DNA of 64,000 bases, taken from assembly GCA_025453395.1 (NCBI GenBank), contig JALOQK010000004.1, forward strand, positions 51,563-115,562, read 5' to 3'. Within the stretch, counting starts at the first letter, position 1. Each line of letters starts with the position of its first letter. Source of the DNA: Candidatus Omnitrophota bacterium (GTDB taxonomy: Bacteria > Omnitrophota > Gorgyraeia > Gygaellales > Profunditerraquicolaceae). This document shows positions 38,136-45,746 of this stretch, one piece after another. A model generated the notes under the pieces. The model was not told the origin of the DNA, did no database searches, and worked only from the letters and a program-made list of their open reading frames with translations. A program made the position numbers and the translations under genes.

Positions 38136-38786
38136 TTATTTATAATATTCTACTGGAACTGCCTGACGCATAATAGACAAAGTTTCGTTTATCAGGATAT
38201 TTATCGCTTTTTCCATAGGAGCATTTTGGTAAGATTTTAGCGCTGCGATATTCCCGCAACTAAATACCCCCCCTGCCTGCTGTTTCAAGCAATCTGTGGC
38301 CTGGCCCTTAATCCTTGTCTTTTGCAAAATAACTTTATTATTGTTAGCATCGTTTATCTGCAAATCAAAAGCTACATACGCCTTGTTCAGGGAGTCTCCT
38401 AAAAATCCGCCTAAAACACCGCTTCCTGCCCCGCCGCCTCCTCCTGAACCAGAGCGGCCGCCGGACATCTGTGGCTCAAATTCAACAACATCCACTTGCG
38501 CGATCAGATCATAAGCCGGGCTTCCGGGGTCATCGGGTTTTTTCAGGTCTATTATATTAAAATTGCTATTTTTATTAAGTTCAGCGATTAAAACGCGGCG
38601 CAGGCTGTCGCTTATCGCGGCTTGCGCGTTTGGAGAAGTTGCCGTAAATTCTGCTACCGCTAATTTAACCTTTTTACCAGACAAAAGACTATTCCTTAAC
38701 CCCGATTTCTTTGAAGCAAGGCACCCGCCTAAAGCTAAACAGATAACAACTAAATAGATATAAAATACAGCTAATATTTTTTTCAT
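38136..38786 (-). CDS. CsgG/HfaB-like lipoprotein
   Basis: Lipobox LGGC, KLAVAEF, V.EFEP..SGG, Gly-rich loop, KAYVAFDL. Confidence 0.65.
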   Translation of the reverse strand: MKKILAVFYIYLVVICLALGGCLASKKSGLRNSLLSGKKVKLAVAEFTATSPNAQAAISDSLRRVLIAELNKNSNFNIIDLKKPDDPGSPAYDLIAQVDVVEFEPQMSGGRSGSGGGGGAGSGVLGGFLGDSLNKAYVAFDLQINDANNNKVILQKTRIKGQATDCLKQQAGGVFSCGNIAALKSYQNAPMEKAINILINETLSIMRQAVPVEYYK

Positions 38787-38806
38787 CTGCGATATTAAGA
38801 TAAACC

Positions 38807-38842
38807 AATAAGGGCAGGAATATTATCCCGCCCTTATTTTTT
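38807..38842. terminator. Intrinsic terminator-like hairpin
   Basis: AATAAGGGC...GCCCTTATT stem with flanking A/T runs, downstream of the 38864-39313 gene. Confidence 0.6.
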
Positions 38843-38863
38843 AGCTTTTTATGAAAAGCCCTT

Positions 38864-39313
38864 TTACGGCTGTTTTTCTACAGGAACTGGCGCAGCAGCA
38901 GGATTATCCATTTCATAAGCAGGAGCAGCCATATTATCTGCCGCGGGAGCCTCTTCAATAGATTCCCTGCTTATAGTTTGGGCTAAAGAAACCCCGCCTG
39001 GCCCCAAGGCCCAATCAATACTGACCATATCCTGAAGCTTAATTTCCTCAAGAGAGCCCACGCCTTCAAAGGTTGTAGCTTCGTTTACTTTTAAATCCAT
39101 TTCTTTCTCGGTGTCTGTTTCGTAGTCTAAGTATTTAACCTTGATTACCTTAGCAGCCGGATCCACTGATACAACTTCACCCCAAACCCATTGCGGGCCT
39201 TCCGCGTTAACAACAGGGGCAGCTGGCTGATTAGGCGCCTCTTGAGCAGACAGGGTTACCTGCCCTAAGAGCATAACGCTTAATATGCTGGTTATAATTA
39301 TTACTATTCTCAT
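38864..39313 (-). CDS. Exported hypothetical protein (OB-fold/DUF5666-like core, Pro/Ala-rich tails)
   Basis: Signal peptide, WGEVVSVD..., AAGGAGG SD. Confidence 0.6.
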   Translation of the reverse strand: MRIVIIITSILSVMLLGQVTLSAQEAPNQPAAPVVNAEGPQWVWGEVVSVDPAAKVIKVKYLDYETDTEKEMDLKVNEATTFEGVGSLEEIKLQDMVSIDWALGPGGVSLAQTISRESIEEAPAADNMAAPAYEMDNPAAAPVPVEKQP

Positions 39314-39361
39314 ATAATCCTCCTTTATGAATAAAGCACCGTTAATTCATAACGTTTCTGC

Positions 39362-39390
39362 ACTATAACATAAAAAAATATCCCTGTCAA
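39362..39390 (-). promoter_or_regulatory. sigma70 promoter
   Basis: TTGACA (39390-39385), 17 nt ending in TGT, TATAGT (39367-39362). Confidence 0.7.
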
Positions 39391-39407
39391 GAATGCCCTG
39401 GGCGTAA

Positions 39408-40790
39408 TTAATGATAATACGGGACAAAGATAAGAACAGCCCAGGCGATACAAACAGTTACGCAGCCAACAACTAAACCAATGCCCAGCCACTGAAGAAA
39501 CTTAAGACGCAGATTCTTTTCTTTCTCTAATATGCCTAAAGCTACAATATTAGCGGTTGAGCCTACTATAGTGATATTGCCGCCGAAACAGCCTCCAATA
39601 AGAAGCGCCCACCATAAAGAATCTAAATGTATATTAAGGCTGCTAAAGCTCTGTAGTACCGGGATAAATGCTGCCACTAAAACCACATTATCTAGTATGC
39701 TTGATCCAATCGTGGAGACCCACAGCACTATACCAGTAAGCGCTGAAGCATTATTGCCTATAGCCTGCCCCAGCCTTGAAGCGATAACGTCAGTTGTGCC
39801 GCTGTACTTAAGTGTCCCGGCCTGCGCAAAAAGCAACAAAAAGAACAAGAGCGTCCACCATTCCACATCTTTCTCTATATAATCGCGCGCCTTGTGCGAT
39901 TTCCAAAGCATCACCAGGCCGCTTGACACAAGAGGCAGCGCCAATAAAACAGTATTCTCTGGCAATCCCAAAAGTATCTCAATACGGTGATGTAATGAAA
40001 TAGAAAAAAGTGTTGTCAAGAGAATGCCTAAGCTTATTTTCAATTCCTTGCAAGGGGAAATTGATATAAGACGGATAAGAATTTCATTAGCGCCTAATTC
40101 TTTGATGTGCCGATCAAACTGGCTTAATGCTTTACGATACCAATACTTAAAAATTATTGTGCAGACAATAATCGCTAAGACCATTATTGGAAAAGCCTTA
40201 ATAATAAAGTCCTCAAAGGTAAGCCCGGATTTTATAGCGATTAATACTCCAATCGGGTTGCCTAAGATTGTGCCGACAGAACCTATGTTAACCGCCATTA
40301 CCGCAATAATCACAAACGGCACAGGATTAACTTCAAAATAATCGCAAATTTCTAAAATAACCGCCAAAATAAAAATAATCGCCGCTACTTCTCCCACTAA
40401 ACATGATAAAATTGCCGAGACAAAAGAAATAATAAGCAGAAACTTGTTCGCGGTAAGCCTGCGCATGCGTAAAACTAAGCTGACAAGCCAGGCAAAAAAT
40501 CCCGTATCCTTCAACAGCCCGACGATTACCATCATTCCGATCAAGAAAAGGATAACCTCAAGCGAAGAAAATAAAATCAAATGCTCCAGATCAATAGTTT
40601 TGGTCATGAGAAGAACCGCTGTTCCTAAGAAAGCGAAGGTCAGGCGGAAACTCCAAAAAAGAAGCGTGCCTAAAATAGAAACGGCAAAAATAGAAAGCGA
40701 AGTGGCTTGATGCAGGTTAAGGCCGAATTGCTGGCTTAAGAAAAAAAGGCAGAGCGGAATTAATAGTATTAATAAGAATTTTACTTTCAA
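39408..40790 (-). CDS. ArsB/NhaD (SLC13-like) ion transporter
   Basis: NIGSVGTILGNP, VEWWTLLFF, SSILDNV, GGNITIVGSTAN. Confidence 0.85.
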   Translation of the reverse strand: MKVKFLLILLIPLCLFFLSQQFGLNLHQATSLSIFAVSILGTLLFWSFRLTFAFLGTAVLLMTKTIDLEHLILFSSLEVILFLIGMMVIVGLLKDTGFFAWLVSLVLRMRRLTANKFLLIISFVSAILSCLVGEVAAIIFILAVILEICDYFEVNPVPFVIIAVMAVNIGSVGTILGNPIGVLIAIKSGLTFEDFIIKAFPIMVLAIIVCTIIFKYWYRKALSQFDRHIKELGANEILIRLISISPCKELKISLGILLTTLFSISLHHRIEILLGLPENTVLLALPLVSSGLVMLWKSHKARDYIEKDVEWWTLLFFLLLFAQAGTLKYSGTTDVIASRLGQAIGNNASALTGIVLWVSTIGSSILDNVVLVAAFIPVLQSFSSLNIHLDSLWWALLIGGCFGGNITIVGSTANIVALGILEKEKNLRLKFLQWLGIGLVVGCVTVCIAWAVLIFVPYYH

Positions 40791-40812
40791 AAGTCTTAGG
40801 CTGCCCCTCTTT

Positions 40813-41373
40813 TTACTTACTGTTTTTCCTGCCGAAACAACTGTAAATTGCGGCGGCAGACAAGATCTTCAAGAAATCCCCCGGGATAAAAGGAATTATT
40901 CCCAATAAAACGCCTTGGGTAAAGGATACTTTTAAAGAATTAACTAACCAGAGCGCTCCTGAGATAAGCAGGATCGCCTCTGAGATAAGGAAAAGTAAAA
41001 CAACTCTATGGAACTTGTTGTGGGTAAATTTTATGCAGAAGCCGCAAAATAAAGCTGCCAGGAAAAATCCATATAGATAACCAGCAGTTGGCCCGGCTAA
41101 ATAAAGAAAACCGCTTCCTGCTCCAGAAAAAACCGGAAGGCCCAAAGACCCTATTACTACATACAAAATCTGGGCCAGGCCTGCTTTGCGCGCGCCTAAG
41201 AAACTAGCGCCCAAAAGCACAAAAAATACCTGCAAAGTAAAAGGCACTGGCGTAAATGGCAAAGGGATGCGCACCAGCGCTCCGACGATATTTAGAATAA
41301 CAAGCAGGCTTACGCCAGCCACAGCCAAAAACGCCCTTCTGGAAGAAGCCGCGTTCTTATAAATTAATTCCAT
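40813..41373 (-). CDS. bioY: Biotin transporter S component
   Basis: PFTPVPFTLQ, GLPVFSG, GPTAGYL.GF, PFIPGD. Confidence 0.93.
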   Translation of the reverse strand: MELIYKNAASSRRAFLAVAGVSLLVILNIVGALVRIPLPFTPVPFTLQVFFVLLGASFLGARKAGLAQILYVVIGSLGLPVFSGAGSGFLYLAGPTAGYLYGFFLAALFCGFCIKFTHNKFHRVVLLFLISEAILLISGALWLVNSLKVSFTQGVLLGIIPFIPGDFLKILSAAAIYSCFGRKNSK

Positions 41374-41425
41374 AAATAATCTCCTTCTTATTATTATAAA
41401 TCCTGCGCGCGAAAAGTAAATAAAA

Positions 41426-41593
41426 TTATTCCCTGGCTAAACCCAAAATTACTAAACCGCAAAGCAATAAAACCACGCCGATACAGCCTTTAGCGATTAC
41501 CTTGATAGCGTAAAACCAGTGCATCATCGCCCAAACCCCCGCTGTCACCAAAACTAGGCCCAAAATAAGCTTTAAAAATACGGACAATTTCAC
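41426..41593 (-). CDS. Small two-TM membrane protein (55 aa)
   Basis: GTG at 41593 preceded by AGAGGTG; two hydrophobic segments. Confidence 0.55.
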   Translation of the reverse strand: MKLSVFLKLILGLVLVTAGVWAMMHWFYAIKVIAKGCIGVVLLLCGLVILGLARE

Positions 41594-41612
41594 TTTGCAC
41601 CTCTCTTTTCTA

Positions 41613-41647
41613 GCCATTTGCCATTTGCTATTTGCTATTTGCCAACT
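41613..41647. repeat. Heptamer tandem repeat (GC[C/T]ATTT)x~5
   Basis: gccattt gccattt gctattt gctattt gccaact; contains the TAG stop of the acyltransferase gene. Confidence 0.8.
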
Positions 41648-42552
41648 GGGGGTTGGCTCTTCCATCTGCGATGGATCCATCCCCATTCCTGCGGGTACAT
41701 ACGGATATAGCGCTCAATTATATCAGTTAAACGCTGCACATTTAATATAATTGTGTCCTGAGAATTTTTGCCTTCTATCAAAGGGACTTCTTCATCAAAG
41801 ATAATTTTATGCGTATCATCAGCTTGCCTCAGAATAAAGCAAGGCAAAAGAACTGCCCTGGTGCGTTGGGCAAAGATAACCGGGCCTGTGGCAGTAGCTG
41901 CCTTGCGGCCAAAAAAATCCACAAATACCCCGGATGTGCCGAAATTCTGGTCAATAGGCAAGAATATTATCTCGTTATTGCGCAAGGCTTTTATGGTATT
42001 GTCCACGCAGACATTCTTGGGATAACTGTAAATAGTTTTTACCTTATATTTCTCGCGCTTCTCTAAGAATATTTTCTCTACCCGCGCGTCGTGCATCGGG
42101 CGCATGATCCCGCCTATGGCATATCCTTCCAAGCTTAATTTCCCCAGCATAATCGGGAAGTTGCCAAAGTGGCCGCTAACCAAAATCACGCCTCTTTTTT
42201 TTGCTAAAGCCTGATCCAATTTTTCCTTGTTGGCAATGGTTATTCTTTCTTTTAAAAGCCAAGGTTTATCCATCATGAACATAAGCTCTAACGATGCTTT
42301 AGACATAAAGGTAAAACTATCCCGGGCAATTTTCTCTATTTCTGCTTGTGTTTTATCTGGAAAGGCCATGCGCAAACTTTCCAGGGCGATCTTTCTTTGT
42401 CTGGCAATAACCGCATAGCCAAAAGCGGCAATGCCCTTAGCAAAAGGATACAAAAATCTCCAGGGCGTTATGTTTATAATCTTAGCGCAACTAACAAGCC
42501 CAATAAAGGCCAGGAATCGCGAAAATTCTTTTTTCTTCTTTTTAAAATCCAT
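41635..42552 (-). CDS. Lipid A/lysophospholipid acyltransferase (LpxL/HtrB family)
   Basis: GHFGNF, DQNFG..GVFVDFFG..A.T..GP, YPQEWGWIHRRWK. Confidence 0.9.
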   Translation of the reverse strand: MDFKKKKKEFSRFLAFIGLVSCAKIINITPWRFLYPFAKGIAAFGYAVIARQRKIALESLRMAFPDKTQAEIEKIARDSFTFMSKASLELMFMMDKPWLLKERITIANKEKLDQALAKKRGVILVSGHFGNFPIMLGKLSLEGYAIGGIMRPMHDARVEKIFLEKREKYKVKTIYSYPKNVCVDNTIKALRNNEIIFLPIDQNFGTSGVFVDFFGRKAATATGPVIFAQRTRAVLLPCFILRQADDTHKIIFDEEVPLIEGKNSQDTIILNVQRLTDIIERYIRMYPQEWGWIHRRWKSQPPVGK

Positions 42553-42555
42553 TTG

Positions 42556-42631
42556 TCAGCTATCAGCTTTCAGCTATCAGCTATCAGCTTTCAGCGCATG
42601 GCGCCGTAAACTGTTAACTGTAAACTATAAC
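42556..42631. repeat. Heptamer tandem repeats (TCAGCT[A/T])x~6 and (TAAACTG-like)x~4
   Basis: Direct reading; fills the DUF355-acyltransferase intergenic gap. Confidence 0.85.
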
Positions 42632-43107
42632 TTATATCCTATTTTTCTTAAGAGGTCTTTTCGTGATTGTTTTTCCTCTTTTGTTTCCACGCCTTTAGGC
42701 GGCAATCCGTCAATAACTCCTAAAATACCTCTGCCGGAATCTGTTTGGGCGAGAATAACCTCTATCGGGTTAGCGCTGGCGCAATAGATATTACAGACTT
42801 CCGGAACCATTTTAATCGCGTTTAAGACATTAACCGGATACGCGGCTTTTAAGAAAACAATAAAAACATGCCCGCAGGAAACAGCTAAAAGATTATCTTC
42901 TGCAAGCTTCAGAAGCTCTCTGTCATTGCCCTCAAGGCGGATCTTACAAACTCCCGAGGCTTCAGAAAAACCTACAGCAAACTTTACTAACGGGACACTA
43001 TTAACAATTGCCTCATAGATGTCTTCGGCTGTCTTAATGAAATGGCTCTGGCCGATAATTACATTCAAATCATCGGATTTCTTTATCTTTACGGTAACAA
43101 TTTCCAT
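42625..43107 (-). CDS. DUF355 adenosine-specific kinase family protein
   Basis: IGQSHFIKT.ED, F.EASG, GH.F, YP.NVLN, VPEVC.IYCASANP, RGILGV.DG. Confidence 0.88.
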   Translation of the reverse strand: MEIVTVKIKKSDDLNVIIGQSHFIKTAEDIYEAIVNSVPLVKFAVGFSEASGVCKIRLEGNDRELLKLAEDNLLAVSCGHVFIVFLKAAYPVNVLNAIKMVPEVCNIYCASANPIEVILAQTDSGRGILGVIDGLPPKGVETKEEKQSRKDLLRKIGYKL

Positions 43108-43159
43108 CTTATTCGCCCCCCTATTTTAGGCTACATATTAACATAAGAATGACAGCAAA

Positions 43160-43313
43160 TCAATCACCAAACACCAAATTACCTGCCTACCGGCAGGCAG
43201 GCAAACACCAAATAATACCCAATAATCAATAACCAATTAACCAAACAGATTCGGGTATTGGTAATTGGTATTTGGTTATTATTTGGTTATTGTAAACTTG
43301 ATTATTGGTTATT
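43160..43313. repeat. Inverted low-complexity heptamer array with embedded 20-bp GC-rich palindrome
   Basis: CACCAAA/CAATAAC-type units, then TTGGTTA/TTGGTAT-type units; CCTGCCTACCGGCAGGCAGG at 43182-43201. Confidence 0.8.
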
Positions 43314-43354
43314 AAAAAGTTGTTACTACCCATAAAATATTGTATAATAATTTT

Positions 43355-44224
43355 ATGGAAACAAACGATAATAAGTATAAAACAATCCGCAAGGTTTTAA
43401 TTATTGTGCTTATCTTAAACTGGCTGGTAGCGGGCTTTAAAATTGCCTTTGGCCTATTTACCCGCTGCGCCAGTATGACTGCCGACGGATTCCATTCCCT
43501 TGCTGACGGGGCATCCAATATTATAGGGCTTGCCGGCATCCATTTTGCCAGCCAGCCTAAAGACAGCGACCATCCTTATGGGCACAAGAAATTTGAAACC
43601 TTCTTTACTTTAGGCATCGCGGTATTACTGTTCTTGGTAGCCATAGAATTATTCAAAGAAGGCATCGCCCGCTTAGGCAAACCAGTAACCCCAGAAATAA
43701 ACTTCGCGAGTTTCATTGTCATGATTTCAACCATGATAATCAATATTCTGGTAATGTTATACGAGCGCAACCGCGGCAAAAAACTCTCAAGCGATATCCT
43801 GACTTCTGACGCCCTGCACACAAAAGCGGACATCTTTGTTTCCTTCTCGGTTATTATCACTTTAATACTTATCCAGCGGGGATTCTTCCTGGCTGACGCG
43901 ATTGTCACTTTGGCTATCGCGTTTCTTATCGCTTACAGCGGAATTGGCATCTTAAAAGAAAGTTCGCGTGTTTTATGCGACTCAACAGTATTAGATGATA
44001 AATACATTGAGAAAATTGTTCTTTCTGTGCCGGGAGTGCGCACCTGCCATAAAATACGCACCCGCGGAAGGACTGACGATGTGCATGTAGATTTACATGT
44101 GCAGGTTACCCCCAGCATGCATGTGGATAAAGCGCACACGGTCAGTGACACTATTGAAGAAACGCTAAAAAAAACCCTGCCCGGAGTAACGGATGTAATT
44201 GTGCACATTGAGCCGACTTCTTAA
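43355..44224 (+). CDS. Cation diffusion facilitator (FieF-like)
   Basis: ADGFHSLAD, HPYGHKKFE, DALHTKAD, H..RTR, DV.VH.EP; start moved to ATG 43355. Confidence 0.92.
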   Translation: METNDNKYKTIRKVLIIVLILNWLVAGFKIAFGLFTRCASMTADGFHSLADGASNIIGLAGIHFASQPKDSDHPYGHKKFETFFTLGIAVLLFLVAIELFKEGIARLGKPVTPEINFASFIVMISTMIINILVMLYERNRGKKLSSDILTSDALHTKADIFVSFSVIITLILIQRGFFLADAIVTLAIAFLIAYSGIGILKESSRVLCDSTVLDDKYIEKIVLSVPGVRTCHKIRTRGRTDDVHVDLHVQVTPSMHVDKAHTVSDTIEETLKKTLPGVTDVIVHIEPTS

Positions 44225-45696
44225 AGAACAAATAAAATTACCCCCGCCAAAGTCACAAACACATCCCCATAGCGGGTGTAAAAAGTATTTCTCAAGGCGC
44301 AATCCTGAAATTGACAGCTACTAAAACCACCTATAAAAGTATTTTCCCCGCCTTTTTCTACCAAAGACAATATCTTTCCTGAAGGCGCGATAAAACCTGA
44401 AATCCCGGTATTGGCAGAACGCGCCAGGAATACCCTGTTCTCCAGCGCCCTGAAAACTGAAGCCTGCAAATGCTGCCGGGGCGCAGAAGTTTTCTTATAC
44501 CAGGCGTCATTGGTGATATTCACCAAAAGCCCCGCGCCTTGCTTTACAAAAGAACGCGCCAGCTCCGGGAATAGATCCTCAAAACAGATCAACACTGCGC
44601 ATTTAACAGAAAAACTTGCCTTCTTGGCGGCAACAGGAAACAATGTGTAATCTTTCCCCGGGCTAATATCGCCTATCGGAGCAATGGATTCTAAGAAAGG
44701 AAATACGCCGCGAAAGGGAATATATTCTCCAAAGGGCACAAGGTGCAGCTTGTTGTATACAGCTAAAATATCGCTTTTAGCGGATAAAAGAAGCGCGCTA
44801 TTATAATATTTTTGATTTTCTGTCCTGACTGCGCCTAAAAGAAGCTGCGATCTTAGCCCACGGTTAAAATCCTGAACAAGCTTAAAATATCGCGGCTGTT
44901 CTTCCAATACTACCGGCAAGGCCGCCTCCGGCCAGATAATCAAATCCGGATTATCCGTTCCTGATAAACGCGCGGTTGTTTCCATGAATCTGGCCATAAT
45001 AAAATCGCGATTATCCTCGGACCACTTTAATTCTTGGTCTATATTGGACTGGACAACCCCTAAGTTTAAATCAAGTTTCTGGCTTAAACTATTTACCTTG
45101 TTTAATCTTATAAACCCATAAAAGAGTACTGCCAATAAAACTACAACTGCTACTAACGCCTGCTTCAGGCGCAAATTTAAAGATATTTCTTTTTGCAATA
45201 GAATAAACACCCCGGCATTGACCAGAACAATAACAAAAGAAACCCCGTAAACGCCTGCCAAATCAGCTACCTGAATAAAGGGAAGATTTAAATATTGAGA
45301 ATAGCCTAAACTTGCCCAGCCAAACCCGGTAAAAAGATGCGCCCTTGTGTATTCTAAAACAGACCAGGCCCCCGGGAGAATCCATAAAATACGCATCGGG
45401 CTTTTTTTGTTCAGGAAAACCGCGGTTAAAACCCCGAAAACCCCGAAATAACAACAAAGATAGGCAATTAAAACCACTGTCCCTAAGAAAGTTACATGCA
45501 CCAGCCAATAGATCGCCCCCCACCAAAATATCATTCCCGATAGATAGGCGATAAAAAATGATTTTATAAGCGGCTGTTTTCTTAAAGCAAAGAAAAGCGG
45601 CACAAAGGCAACGAATGCTAAATAGGAAAGATTAAAATCCGGAAAGGAAAGAAAAAGTAAAATCCCTGAAAAGGAAGCTAAAATAAAAGGGAACAA
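44221..45696 (-). CDS. lnt: Apolipoprotein N-acyltransferase
   Basis: WPEAA, YNK.HLVPFGEY, ICFED, NITNDAW, RSANTGIS. Confidence 0.94.
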   Translation of the reverse strand: MFPFILASFSGILLFLSFPDFNLSYLAFVAFVPLFFALRKQPLIKSFFIAYLSGMIFWWGAIYWLVHVTFLGTVVLIAYLCCYFGVFGVLTAVFLNKKSPMRILWILPGAWSVLEYTRAHLFTGFGWASLGYSQYLNLPFIQVADLAGVYGVSFVIVLVNAGVFILLQKEISLNLRLKQALVAVVVLLAVLFYGFIRLNKVNSLSQKLDLNLGVVQSNIDQELKWSEDNRDFIMARFMETTARLSGTDNPDLIIWPEAALPVVLEEQPRYFKLVQDFNRGLRSQLLLGAVRTENQKYYNSALLLSAKSDILAVYNKLHLVPFGEYIPFRGVFPFLESIAPIGDISPGKDYTLFPVAAKKASFSVKCAVLICFEDLFPELARSFVKQGAGLLVNITNDAWYKKTSAPRQHLQASVFRALENRVFLARSANTGISGFIAPSGKILSLVEKGGENTFIGGFSSCQFQDCALRNTFYTRYGDVFVTLAGVILFVL

Positions 45697-45711
45697 ATCA
45701 TTACCTCGTTT

Positions 45712-45746
45712 TCAGCTATCAGCTGTCAGCCTTCAGCTATCAGCTA
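45712..45746. repeat. Heptamer tandem repeat (TCAGCNN)x5
   Basis: tcagcta tcagctg tcagcct tcagcta tcagcta; includes the secA TAG stop. Confidence 0.85.

Noticed and set aside
38420-38465. GC-rich GGC/GGA run as a mobile repeat
   Set aside because: It encodes the Gly-rich loop of the CsgG-like lipoprotein.
41594-41686. N-terminal WQIANSKWQMA segment of the 86-aa ORF
   Set aside because: It is a translation of the heptamer array overlapping the upstream gene; an SD supports GTG 41593.
42556-43313. CRISPR array
   Set aside because: Repeats are contiguous 7-mers without unique spacers, and there are no cas genes.
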